Positions 36,702 through 45,497 are shown, counted from the first letter of the stretch. The stretch: DNA of 64,000 bases from a virus (IMGVR_UViG_3300011008_000020), one strand, 5' to 3'. The notes: generated from the letters alone by a model not told the origin. Program-made: numbers and translations.

Positions 36702-37715
36702 TCAAAACTGGAATGTGATCTGCCCCTCGATACTGGCCTTCGGCTTCTTCGCGGCCTTCCGGGGCGTTCTCTGAATGGTGTCATTCTTAACTGGTTGTTT
36801 TGACACTGTTGGTGTCGCTTCGGGCAAAAGGAAAGAAGCCTGTGCCAGTTCAGCGATTCCCGGCTCGATCTTCGGTGTCTCCGGCTCCGGGGTCTGTGCT
36901 GCTGCGGGTTCTTCCTTCGCAGGCTTGGTGTCGCCGAAAACGTTCATTATGTAGCGGAACCGCTGCCGGGCGATCTCGATTTCCCGGCGCTCATGCCACG
37001 TCTGCTCGAAGAACATCGGCGTGTACCAGCATCGCTCGGAGTTCTCGCCGAAAAGTACGTGGCCGGTCATGGGGGTGTAGAGTGAATCGCCGATCACGAC
37101 GTAGCCCGCGCAGCCGAGAAGGGATAGCTGGATGTAGCACATCAGGGCGGTGGTGCTGTCGATCTCCTGCGCGGCGAACATGATCTGGTATGGATAGTTG
37201 ATGCCATACTCGACGCTCGCCTCCGCCGCAGCGATCAGGGTCGCGCCCGCGCCGCAGGCACAGTCCATGCAAGAGAACCACCCATTCCGGTCGATTGCCG
37301 CCTGCAACTTGTCCTTGTCGCTGTCGATGGTAATCCGTGCCATCATCTGGCAGATGTTGTATGGCGTGAAGAACTGGCCTCCGAGGTTGTTTCCAAGGTC
37401 GAGATTCATAAACATGTCGCCGAGGAAATCCCCGAAAGAGCCACGCTCAGTCTTATCGACCACGTTCTGGTGAATGATTGCGAGCAACGCGGAGAATTTC
37501 TCGATCTCTGCCGTGTCGTATTTCTCCACGATGGACATGTAGGTTTTCTCCCTGCTCTCGCGGAAGCGGTCATCCACGCAGTTCGAGATGGCGATGGCGA
37601 TGCACCAGACCATATCCTTCCAGACTTCCCAGATGTTGTACTTCCCGGTGAGGGAGTTTATGATCTTGATGAAATCGCGCTGAAACTCGTCCTTGCCGGT
37701 ATATGTCCGGGCCAT
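36702..37715 (-). CDS. HsdM/N6-MTase-like protein lacking recognizable NPP(F/Y) catalytic motif
   Basis: Motif X GQFFTP and motif I MDCACGAGATL are present. The motif IV position reads GDSLYTPM. Low-complexity P/E/K-rich C-terminus. Confidence 0.55.
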   Translation of the reverse strand: MARTYTGKDEFQRDFIKIINSLTGKYNIWEVWKDMVWCIAIAISNCVDDRFRESREKTYMSIVEKYDTAEIEKFSALLAIIHQNVVDKTERGSFGDFLGDMFMNLDLGNNLGGQFFTPYNICQMMARITIDSDKDKLQAAIDRNGWFSCMDCACGAGATLIAAAEASVEYGINYPYQIMFAAQEIDSTTALMCYIQLSLLGCAGYVVIGDSLYTPMTGHVLFGENSERCWYTPMFFEQTWHERREIEIARQRFRYIMNVFGDTKPAKEEPAAAQTPEPETPKIEPGIAELAQASFLLPEATPTVSKQPVKNDTIQRTPRKAAKKPKASIEGQITFQF

Positions 37716-37772
37716 AGCTTCGCTTCCTTTCCGCCGCCCGGATGGCAGTACCGGGCGGCATATTCGGTTATC

Positions 37773-38372
37773 TTACTTGGAGATTCGCGGGGTTACAACG
37801 GCGGAGAAAACGTAGTGGTAGTTGCCCTCGCGGTGATGGTTGTACTTGTATGGCTTGTGGAAGATTTCGATGCTGCCCCAGAGGACGCCGTTGGCGTCGC
37901 ACCACGAGGAAACATAGTCGCTCGCCAGTCGCGCCCGCATGAACTCGTCGGAGCGGTCAAGAGCCTCGGCCATCGCGTGCTCGGCGGCGTCGCCATCGTA
38001 GTCGGCGTGCATCACGCAGAAGCGATAGATGGTCGCTGCCTGCGGCTCGATGTGCGTGAAGCCCGTCTTTCCGGCTTCCTTGGCGGCGTGGGTATCTGCC
38101 ACCATCTGCTGGACTTCGGCCTCGGTGGGTTCGGTGTCGGCCTCGTCGGCCTTAATCCAGATGTTCACCGTGTCGCCGTTGCTCAGATTCAGCTCCAAGC
38201 GGTCGCCCAGATCGCAGATGTAGTCGTACCAGTGGCCGTCAGCGGTGCTGCTGTACACCGGGTAGCCAGCGCGGGAGCTGCGGTCGCCGTCCCGCTCATA
38301 GTCGGTGGGGAAGATTTCGTTGGCCTTGTTCCAAGCCTCCGAGATGCTCCTGACGGTGAAGTGCTTCGTCAT
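37773..38372 (-). CDS. hypothetical protein
   Basis: 199 aa ORF; first gene downstream of promoter 38423-38451. Confidence 0.5.
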   Translation of the reverse strand: MTKHFTVRSISEAWNKANEIFPTDYERDGDRSSRAGYPVYSSTADGHWYDYICDLGDRLELNLSNGDTVNIWIKADEADTEPTEAEVQQMVADTHAAKEAGKTGFTHIEPQAATIYRFCVMHADYDGDAAEHAMAEALDRSDEFMRARLASDYVSSWCDANGVLWGSIEIFHKPYKYNHHREGNYHYVFSAVVTPRISK

Positions 38373-38422
38373 GGTGAAGTTCCTCCTTTGTGAGTGTTTC
38401 CAGTGGTTGCTTTCTGTGGAAT

Positions 38423-38451
38423 ATTATAGCCGCTAATGGTGTCATTGTCAA
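38423..38451 (-). promoter_or_regulatory. consensus sigma-A promoter TTGACA-17-TATAAT (family member 2)
   Basis: Minus strand reads TTGACAATGACACCATTAGCGGCTATAATATTCCAC. Confidence 0.7.
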
Positions 38452-38529
38452 GAGGGAAAATGCCTCTTTTGGAAACTATTTTCGGAATTTCCCGCTTCTT
38501 ATGGTGGTTTTTTCTTGTTGACACTCCTC

Positions 38530-38558
38530 GGCGTGCCTGATATAATGGTGTCAATCCG
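38530..38558 (+). promoter_or_regulatory. plus-strand sigma-A promoter TTGACA-17-TATAAT
   Basis: TTGACACTCCTCGGCGTGCCTGATATAAT followed by GGTGTCAAT. Confidence 0.6.
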
Positions 38559-38565
38559 ATTTGCA

Positions 38566-38645
38566 AGGTCGGAGGGAGTGCGCTTGCGCACGGAAGCGGC
38601 CCACATGGCGTTGTGGGCCGCTTCTCTTTCAGATGTTCCTATTCA
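38566..38645 (+). ncRNA. candidate small RNA (promoter to terminator, about 75 nt)
   Basis: Between plus-strand promoter 38530-38558 and terminator hairpin GAAGCGGCCCAC/GTGGGCCGCTTC with TCTCTTTC tail. Also internal hairpin GTGCGCTTGCGCAC. No ORF. Confidence 0.4.
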
Positions 38646-39019
38646 GCTTTCGGCTTTGCCTCTCTTTTCGCCTGCTCATACTTGAAGAAGGCGTCGATGT
38701 CGAACCACTTGTCCTTGATGATGTGGCCGATCTTGGTGGTGACGCCGCCGAGGCCGGGGTCAACGATACGGATGTACTGGCCGGGCAACTTCTCCCAGTC
38801 CTCAACGCCCACCGTGTCCATGATGTGCATCATCGCAAGCAAGCCGCTCCCGTCAGCGTCGAAATGATCTGCTCCGAGGTAGCCGTGGCCCATGACGTAC
38901 CCGCCAAAGCCGCCAGCGCCTTGACCTTCAAAAAAGACGTGAAACGTCAGGACGCCATGCTCACGCATCGTGATGCGGGTGTCCGTGATCTTGACGTTTA
39001 TGATTCGCTCACTGTTCAT
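38639..39019 (-). CDS. hypothetical protein
   Basis: 126 aa ORF. Confidence 0.5.
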   Translation of the reverse strand: MNSERIINVKITDTRITMREHGVLTFHVFFEGQGAGGFGGYVMGHGYLGADHFDADGSGLLAMMHIMDTVGVEDWEKLPGQYIRIVDPGLGGVTTKIGHIIKDKWFDIDAFFKYEQAKREAKPKAE

Positions 39020-39338
39020 TCAGCTTTGCCTCCTGTTCTTCAAGCCATTTCAGGAAATTGAGCCACATCTGATGCTGATAGACCAGCCCAAGGCCAGTGC
39101 GGCCATGCGCGATCTCCCACTCGGTCAGCGGTTCCTCCTTTGCCTGCTTGATGTCTCGAATCATCACATGGACGCTCTTAGCATCGAGCATCTCCGGGTG
39201 CTTGCGCAGGAAGTCCGTCACCAGCTTCGGCATATAGCCCTCTCTGCCGATGCAGTAGCGCACAGCGCAGTTGATGATGGCTCCGAACTCGTCCACCTCG
39301 TCCGGGCGGAATACCAGCGCTTTTATCTTATCCTTCAT
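39009..39338 (-). CDS. hypothetical protein
   Basis: RBS GGGAGG then MKDKIKALVF. Confidence 0.5.
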   Translation of the reverse strand: MKDKIKALVFRPDEVDEFGAIINCAVRYCIGREGYMPKLVTDFLRKHPEMLDAKSVHVMIRDIKQAKEEPLTEWEIAHGRTGLGLVYQHQMWLNFLKWLEEQEAKLNEQ

Positions 39339-39648
39339 CGACGACGCCTCCCGTATACGCCCCACATACCGGGCAATAGTACACCCTTTCCAGCCCATCG
39401 GGCGAAGCATAGCACGCTTCCTCGCAGGCCGAGCAGCGCCAATACGGGAACTGGATGTCCGGCTGTTTGACTTTCTCCCACTTGGCATCTACCGGCCCAG
39501 CTTTCGGCAGGCCGCAAACCTTGATGCCGAGCGCACGCAGTACCGTGTCCGCAGACACTTCGGAATCTTTCACCGCGATCAAGAGGCCATCGATCATGTT
39601 CTTCACGACCTCGCGTTCAATGAGGTCAGGCTTCTTCGATTGGCTCAT
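39328..39648 (-). CDS. hypothetical zinc-ribbon protein
   Basis: RBS GGAGGAACAAGAAGG then MSQSKKPD; CSACEE...CPVCG. Confidence 0.5.
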   Translation of the reverse strand: MSQSKKPDLIEREVVKNMIDGLLIAVKDSEVSADTVLRALGIKVCGLPKAGPVDAKWEKVKQPDIQFPYWRCSACEEACYASPDGLERVYYCPVCGAYTGGVVDEG

Positions 39649-39913
39649 AACCTTCTTGTTCCTCCACTCTTGCCCCGCACTCCGGGCAGAATTTGTAGCG
39701 CCTGTTGTCATCGACCTTGCCGCCACAGGCTTCGCAGTGGAGCCACAGGTCGGCGTAGACGTTCGGCCTTGAATACTTACGCATCAGCCGCGTGGTGTGC
39801 TCTGCGGGAACCTCAATCGTTGGCTGTGCGTCAATCAGCTCTTGAAAAGCCTCCGTTGTCTCGCGCACCGTCTCCGCTGCATCGCGCAGTATGTCAGCAT
39901 CAATCGCTCTCAT
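39626..39913 (-). CDS. hypothetical zinc-ribbon protein
   Basis: CEACGG...CPECG. Confidence 0.5.
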   Translation of the reverse strand: MRAIDADILRDAAETVRETTEAFQELIDAQPTIEVPAEHTTRLMRKYSRPNVYADLWLHCEACGGKVDDNRRYKFCPECGARVEEQEGYEPIEEA

Positions 39914-40194
39914 AGCGCCTTTCCCTCATTGGCAATCAGAAGCGCCATATATTCGCTTGTGTCTTCGAACGTAACCTTCGACGGTTTGACTTCCTTGACC
40001 TGTCCGCTCTCCATCTCGACGATGGCATACGTCTGGCTGATCTGCCCTCCCGGATGCCCGCCGACCATCGGGCTTGGCTCTATGACATACGCATAGTTCT
40101 CCCACCGATGAAAGAGCGCCTTCTCTCCGTCTACCCTGCAAGGTCGCAGCTTCGGTGACTTCGGCGCAAATGAAAACTCAAACTCTTTCGGCAT
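39910..40194 (-). CDS. hypothetical protein
   Basis: RBS GAGGGAGG then MPKEFEFSF. Confidence 0.5.
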   Translation of the reverse strand: MPKEFEFSFAPKSPKLRPCRVDGEKALFHRWENYAYVIEPSPMVGGHPGGQISQTYAIVEMESGQVKEVKPSKVTFEDTSEYMALLIANEGKAL

Positions 40195-40195
40195 T

Positions 40196-41440
40196 TCATT
40201 TTCCTCCCTCAATATCAAAGAATGTGAGCTGCTTGCCCTTCTCCGCTTTCATACGTTCCTGTTCCCGGCGCTGTTCCAAGACGCGCTGCGCCTCGTCGCG
40301 GATGGCTTGTTGCAACTCTGGCTTCATGTTCGCCACAGAACCACGCGCAACGCCGTCCGCCATAAGTCTGCCGTACTTCTTGACTTTCCTCTCCCAGCGT
40401 TCTTTTGACTTGACGGCCTTCGCCGCCTTCGCTTCGTCGGTGGCGTGTTTGACGGCAATGCCGTTCTGAACGTCCATCAAATCCTGCAGAAGGTCACGCT
40501 GCTCGTTCTTGCCAATGCGGATGTTCCTGATTTCGATGTGCAGTTCGACGTCCGTGCGTCCGTCCCAGTATCTGTGATGCCTGACGAAATAGCTCTCGCG
40601 TCTGTCGTCAATGCCTTTGACTTCCGTGGCGCAGAGCCTACGCCGCAGCGCCATCGGCACCAACGGCGAATCCGGGTCGTGACGCCACATCTTGAGCGCG
40701 ATCTCGGCGTCAGTGCGGGCTACCGGCTTGTCGAATACCTTTAGGCCCTTGAGCAGCTTCTTTTCGGTGTGCTGCAGGAAGCCCTCTGTGTATCTTCGCT
40801 CATAGTACAGGTCGTAGAAGATGTTCGACTTGGTGATGTCGCGTTGCGCTCCGTTCCGGCATACGCACCGTGTGCTGGTGCATCGGCAACGGATGCACTC
40901 TTCGACCTTGTAGCTCGCGGTCTGCCGGATGGAGCCGTCCGGCATGTCCACGTTCTTGAGATTGAGACACACGCCGTCCCATCCGGGATAGAGCGCCATG
41001 TTTCTGTCAAGTGTCCGACGCAGCATGTCGTCGTAGCGTCTGTAGAGCCGCTCGACGGATTCTTCCTCGCTCCACTCGCGGTCGGTGCGGTGAAACTGGC
41101 AGTTGATTCCTGCCGGTAGCTTGAGGCGGTGCGGGCACGGTTTTCCGGGTAGCGGACAGCGGAATAGGGGATTGTCGTTCTCCGCGCACTTGAACTCGCC
41201 GTTCACCCACGTCTCGCCCCACATATCGCCGTGCGCGTGAATCAGCAGCCCGCACGGGCTTTCCCACGTCGGCATGAAGCGATATTCCCGGCAGTAGCCG
41301 AAGTTATTGATTTCGCAGGCCCAGACACCCTCCGGCCACGTTTTGTGATCTTCCAACTTGACGCCTTGCGCCAGCAACCGCTCGGTCAGCTTGTTCGTGC
41401 CTGGTGTCGGCACGGTGGTTTTCATCATATGCCCTGACAT
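40196..41440 (-). CDS. Cys-rich hypothetical protein (possible Fe-S/metal-binding nuclease-like)
   Basis: About 415 aa; clusters CREY...CGLL, CPLPGKPCPH, CIRCRCTSTRCVCRNG. Confidence 0.45.
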   Translation of the reverse strand: MSGHMMKTTVPTPGTNKLTERLLAQGVKLEDHKTWPEGVWACEINNFGYCREYRFMPTWESPCGLLIHAHGDMWGETWVNGEFKCAENDNPLFRCPLPGKPCPHRLKLPAGINCQFHRTDREWSEEESVERLYRRYDDMLRRTLDRNMALYPGWDGVCLNLKNVDMPDGSIRQTASYKVEECIRCRCTSTRCVCRNGAQRDITKSNIFYDLYYERRYTEGFLQHTEKKLLKGLKVFDKPVARTDAEIALKMWRHDPDSPLVPMALRRRLCATEVKGIDDRRESYFVRHHRYWDGRTDVELHIEIRNIRIGKNEQRDLLQDLMDVQNGIAVKHATDEAKAAKAVKSKERWERKVKKYGRLMADGVARGSVANMKPELQQAIRDEAQRVLEQRREQERMKAEKGKQLTFFDIEGGK

Positions 41441-41628
41441 GGTTGTAATCCAAAGTGCTCCTCTAAGGTCTTGCGGACTTCCGACACGCTCATGCCATAT
41501 TCCTTCGCCACACACTTCTCGCAAGTGACATTCTCATAACCGAGTGCGTGACTTATGCGCATATCCCAGGAGTTCAGCTCCTCGCCGCAAACGTGGCACG
41601 GCGCATGGAGCCACTTAACCTTCGGCAT
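41425..41628 (-). CDS. small zinc-finger protein
   Basis: CHVCGE...CEKC. Confidence 0.45.
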   Translation of the reverse strand: MPKVKWLHAPCHVCGEELNSWDMRISHALGYENVTCEKCVAKEYGMSVSEVRKTLEEHFGLQPCQGI

Positions 41629-41803
41629 CTGGATTTATTCCCCTTTCATAGCGTTCCAGTAGTTCGTCGATCTCCTCAATCCATTCCTGCGGAATCGGGC
41701 TACCATCTGTCATGTAACGAAGAACGGCTTGAAACAAGTCGGAGAGTCTGTCCTGATCGTGTATGCGTCGTGGTTTCACGCCGAGCGGCGGCTTACTGTT
41801 CAT
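41615..41803 (-). CDS. small hypothetical protein
   Basis: RBS AAGGAGG then MNSKPP. Confidence 0.4.
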   Translation of the reverse strand: MNSKPPLGVKPRRIHDQDRLSDLFQAVLRYMTDGSPIPQEWIEEIDELLERYERGINPDAEG

Positions 41804-41993
41804 CCTTGGTTTCCTCCTTGCTTCGCTGCTTGGTGGTCGTTCTCTCGTTGTAGGAGAAGCAATAGAGAATCGAAAACAAGGCAATCCACCAGTGCTTGAA
41901 GTAATAGGCGAGCGCGCCGAACACGAAAACAGCACATACTTCCGCGATGCCGCTCAGTATGACATGAGCAAGCATTTCTGGGCTTTTCTTCAT
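41793..41993 (-). CDS. small membrane protein
   Basis: RBS AAGGAG then MKKSPEMLAHVILSGIAEVCAVFVFGALAYYF. Confidence 0.45.
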   Translation of the reverse strand: MKKSPEMLAHVILSGIAEVCAVFVFGALAYYFKHWWIALFSILYCFSYNERTTTKQRSKEETKDEQ

Positions 41994-42010
41994 AGAGGAA
42001 TCAACTCCTT

Positions 42011-42409
42011 TCACATCATCAGGACGGCCACGCCCCATGTGGCGAGAATCTGGGTGAAATGAACCGTCTGGTCGAGAACAAGGCTGATCTTCAACTGATT
42101 GGCTTTTAAGTCGTCAATGATCGCGTGGACTGGCGTGTTGACGAGGTATGCACCCAAGACGAAACGCATCAGCGCGGTGTTGGCCGTACACATGGCAGCA
42201 ACCAGAAGCGGCACCGTTGTCACGAACGACCAACTGAAAGCGTGCTCAAAGAGCGCCATCTTGTAGTCGTTTCGGTACAGCGGGTGCGGCGCGTGCTTCT
42301 CCCACCACTCACGCTGTTTCATCCGGGACAATATGCCCTGTAGGTAGTAGTCGTCGGCGATGTGGCAGAACACCATGATCGCCAGGATTACCAGCTTTCC
42401 AGTGATCGA
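42011..42409 (-). CDS. membrane protein
   Basis: RBS GGAGG then MSITGKLVILAIMVF...; several TM segments. Confidence 0.5.
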   Translation of the reverse strand, partial: SITGKLVILAIMVFCHIADDYYLQGILSRMKQREWWEKHAPHPLYRNDYKMALFEHAFSWSFVTTVPLLVAAMCTANTALMRFVLGAYLVNTPVHAIIDDLKANQLKISLVLDQTVHFTQILATWGVAVLMM

Positions 42410-42429
42410 CATATCCTTGACCTCCATTC

Positions 42430-42599
42430 AGAAGAATCCGCCTGCCTTGAGTATGAAAACTTCGACGATGACGGCAAAGAGCATCGTCCAGAAGTTATGG
42501 AACCCAGTCTCCGGCTCCCCATGTAATATCAACTCGTTATACAAGTTGAGAGTGATGATTCCAACCATCACGATCTGCGGCCATCCAAAGCTACTCATT
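42430..42599 (-). CDS. small membrane protein (absent from ORF track)
   Basis: RBS AGGAGG then MSSFGWPQIVMVGIITL. Confidence 0.4.
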
Positions 42600-42779
42600 C
42601 TCTGCCTCCTCGTCTGGTGGTAGAAAGTCGCGGCAGTCCCGCATCAGATGTGCGTAATACTTCGGCATTTTGTCCAACATATAGCGCAAGGTGTACATGT
42701 CCTTCCCTTTGTAGAGATCGGTCACGTCTCCACGAATGTCGAAGTAGTGGATCCCGTCGTCGCCCTTGCCAGCCGCCAG

Positions 42780-43007
42780 CTAATAATCGCCGATGGCGAA
42801 TATGAAATGCCCTTCTACCGGTTCATACAGAACATAACCAAGCAACATAGCTTTTGCGATTTCATTCCTGAACCGACGCAAAAGAATCAGCGCGAACCAA
42901 TAGCAGCAGCCATGCAGGAAAGTCTCTTGAGCACCGGCGAATCGCTGGATAAACCGCGCGATCTCATTATAGAGTATTGATTTATCTGTTCTGACGATGC
43001 TACTCAC
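42780..43007 (-). CDS. hypothetical protein
   Basis: 75 aa ORF. Confidence 0.4.
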   Translation of the reverse strand: MSSIVRTDKSILYNEIARFIQRFAGAQETFLHGCCYWFALILLRRFRNEIAKAMLLGYVLYEPVEGHFIFAIGDY

Positions 43008-43335
43008 AAGTTACCCTCCGTCCTCTTGCGTCGCGCCACGAAAGGGCATGTACGTCTTTTCCGTCTTTTGAAACGAAAATCTCTCGTGTCCAGCCCCTTT
43101 TGTTCATCTCTTTGAAAACCACTTCTTCTTTGCCAGTCTTAGCGTTCCATGCCGTCTGACCGTTGTATCGCGGCATCTCGATTGCGCCTGTGCAGCCGCA
43201 TTCACGGATGGCGATGAACATCAGCTTTTCGGTTTCCTTGTTGAACCTTCGCTGCCGATTCCGCTCTCGGTAGTCCATGACTACCTTCGCAGCCAAAGAA
43301 AGAATGAGCGCCACCGCCCAAAGTGCATACCACAT
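43000..43335 (-). CDS. membrane-anchored hypothetical protein
   Basis: N-terminal TM MWYALWAVALILSLAAKVV. Confidence 0.45.
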   Translation of the reverse strand: MWYALWAVALILSLAAKVVMDYRERNRQRRFNKETEKLMFIAIRECGCTGAIEMPRYNGQTAWNAKTGKEEVVFKEMNKRGWTREIFVSKDGKDVHALSWRDARGRRVTCE

Positions 43336-43336
43336 A

Positions 43337-43546
43337 TCACTTCGCCTCCTTTCTGTCGTTGATCATCCTGGCGACGGTCTCAAGCTCTGCGGCTCCGTCG
43401 CCGTAGATTGCCGTCGCGCAATCCATGAAAAGCCTGTCCTTGCAGCTTTCGTCAATGCGATGCTCTTTGTAGGAACAGTGGATGCAAGACAATTTTCGCC
43501 CGCATATGTTCAGGCTCTCAACCGTCGCCTTGATGTCGCACATCAT
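43337..43546 (-). CDS. hypothetical protein
   Basis: 69 aa ORF. Confidence 0.4.
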   Translation of the reverse strand: MMCDIKATVESLNICGRKLSCIHCSYKEHRIDESCKDRLFMDCATAIYGDGAAELETVARMINDRKEAK

Positions 43547-43758
43547 TCTTCACCCTGTAACGGCTCGGAGGCGATGGTGACTTCCATGCCACCATGAGCA
43601 GCTTGCTCAATGTACTTGTTGAACAGTGCCTCAAGCAGGATGCAGGCCGTTTCCAAGTCCATGTGTTCCGCGACGACCGCACCGTCGATCTTGAGTGTGT
43701 ACCTGATCTCCGCCACCGTTATTCCTCCTTCGTCAGCTTTTTGTACCTGATGTACCAA
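43543..43758 (-). CDS. hypothetical protein
   Basis: 71 aa ORF. Confidence 0.4.
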   Translation of the reverse strand: MVHQVQKADEGGITVAEIRYTLKIDGAVVAEHMDLETACILLEALFNKYIEQAAHGGMEVTIASEPLQGEE

Positions 43759-44045
43759 TGCCGCTTCCCAGCATCGTCCTTCCGGCGCATCAGTTCAAAG
43801 TCGTTCTGATCAACGATTCCTACCGGCCTGGCTACCATGCTCCTGTTATAACGCGAGCAGGCATATCGAATCGCTTTCCTGAGTGCATCCCGTTGGTAGT
43901 TCTCAGAATAGCCTTTGATCGTGATCTCACAGAGCGGAATACCGTCATGGATGATCTGCAGGATGTCAGCGACGATCTGCTCCATTGCATTCTTGAAAGC
44001 GTCATCCGGCCCGCCCGGCAGCTTTTCAATCGGCGTGATCGCCAT
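43719..44045 (-). CDS. hypothetical protein
   Basis: 108 aa ORF. Confidence 0.45.
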   Translation of the reverse strand: MAITPIEKLPGGPDDAFKNAMEQIVADILQIIHDGIPLCEITIKGYSENYQRDALRKAIRYACSRYNRSMVARPVGIVDQNDFELMRRKDDAGKRHWYIRYKKLTKEE

Positions 44046-44373
44046 TGTCGTTCACCTCCTTCCACGGTTCTTCTTCCTTCCGTTTCTGTGTTGGGTGCGT
44101 ATTCCAGCACCGCCAGCTTATCATGTACTGTTCACGCGGAAGATCGCAATGCCACATGAGAGAGGCCATTGCGTTTATTGTCTCGCCGTTATCTTTGAGG
44201 TAGGCACGAATCGGCCCAGCTCCTCCTCGTATGTCAACATACACAGGCCCTGCAGTTTTCAGTGCTTCTTCAAGCGTGATAACCCATGCCCCGCTTTGCA
44301 GGAGCGATATCGCGTCCTCTACGGCTTCCCTGTCGCATTCTCTGAGGATGATGACGTAATTGTCAGAATCCAT
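44026..44373 (-). CDS. hypothetical protein, WRCW-motif family (paralog 2)
   Basis: RBS GGAAGGG then MDSDNYVII; C-terminal YMISWRCWNTHPT. Confidence 0.5.
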   Translation of the reverse strand: MDSDNYVIILRECDREAVEDAISLLQSGAWVITLEEALKTAGPVYVDIRGGAGPIRAYLKDNGETINAMASLMWHCDLPREQYMISWRCWNTHPTQKRKEEEPWKEVNDNGDHAD

Positions 44374-44419
44374 CGCCCTTCCAAGCACCGCACGGAGGCC
44401 GCTCACAGTTCTGTTTCGA

Positions 44420-44893
44420 TCAGGCATTCCACTCAGTCTCCCTTCTCTGCTTGTTGGATGGACGGCCAGACCAGCATCTCCACTCTGTACCGTAATCATC
44501 GAGGAACAAATCCTCCAGGCTGGCGATCATCTTCATCACGGTGGCAGTGATGCTCTTTGGGTAGATGTGGATGCGGCATGGAATGATACGGTCGATGCCT
44601 TGACCTTCCAGCCAGCACACATCCGCTTCTTCCGCTTCGTCCAGCGTGAGCACCCTCGGCAGCGTGTTGTTGATCGCCTCTGTCAGCTTGACGATTGTGC
44701 CCTCAAGCGAAGCTATTGTCCCGGCCTGCTCCGTCAGCAGCTTCCTGGCGTCGTCAACGATCTTGCCTTGCCCGGCTGTGCATCCATAGGGCCACTCCAT
44801 GCCTGGGTGTGGGTTGTAGGTGCATTTTGCGCAATGGTGTTGTTTTGTAGATAGACAACCTATGGCTCCGATTACCTCTCCTACGTCTGCCAT
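44420..44893 (-). CDS. hypothetical protein, WRCW-motif family (paralog 3)
   Basis: RBS GGGAGG then MADVGEV; C-terminal GTEWRCWSGRPS. Confidence 0.5.
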   Translation of the reverse strand: MADVGEVIGAIGCLSTKQHHCAKCTYNPHPGMEWPYGCTAGQGKIVDDARKLLTEQAGTIASLEGTIVKLTEAINNTLPRVLTLDEAEEADVCWLEGQGIDRIIPCRIHIYPKSITATVMKMIASLEDLFLDDYGTEWRCWSGRPSNKQRRETEWNA

Positions 44894-45008
44894 GATCGCG
44901 CCTCCCACTAAGCATCCGGCGTTTGAAGGTTGTTTGCAATTACACCGAACTTTTCGAGGCCTTTCAGCATATCAGCCGTCGTCAAAGGCTTGAATCGTCT
45001 GCTCCTTT

Positions 45009-45497
45009 TCATTTGTTTGCCTCCATGAGTTCCGGGTTGTCCCACACGTTTCCAACCACAGTCCACTCTTCGATTCCTCCGATGTCCTCGAAAGGCAGGT
45101 CGTCCGGGATTGCTCCGTCGAATCCAGCCGGGAGCTTCTCATTGTAGCTCCATCCGCCGTGCTCTGCGTTCCAACTGAGGAAACCGTATGTGAGGCGCTC
45201 CGGCTCATGGTCAATGTCGAGGTGTGCTGCGATGATGTCGCCCTCGAAAATCCGCACTCCATTCTTGTCTCGGATGCCGGTGTACTGACTGACTGTTTTG
45301 TCCTTCACCGCGTATCTCTGAACCAGAGTGAACCACCCGCCATTTGAATGTGCCCTCGTCGCAATCCAAGAACGATAGATACCCTTTTGCGTTTGGAAAT
45401 ATCGGTGCGTTGCCTCGATGTAACTGCCGAAAACCCATTCTCCGTTATCTGTGCGCTTGCCTCGAAAGACAATCCTTCTCACGCTTTCACCTCCCAC
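45009..45497 (-). CDS. YopX-family phage protein
   Basis: RGKRTDNGEWVFGSYIE matches YopX N-terminal signature. Confidence 0.6.
   Translation of the reverse strand: MGGESVRRIVFRGKRTDNGEWVFGSYIEATHRYFQTQKGIYRSWIATRAHSNGGWFTLVQRYAVKDKTVSQYTGIRDKNGVRIFEGDIIAAHLDIDHEPERLTYGFLSWNAEHGGWSYNEKLPAGFDGAIPDDLPFEDIGGIEEWTVVGNVWDNPELMEANK

Noticed and set aside
38369-38566. 65-aa minus-strand ORF spanning the promoter-rich intergenic region
   Set aside because: It covers the consensus promoter and its conserved flanks, has no RBS, and its composition is unlike the neighbours.
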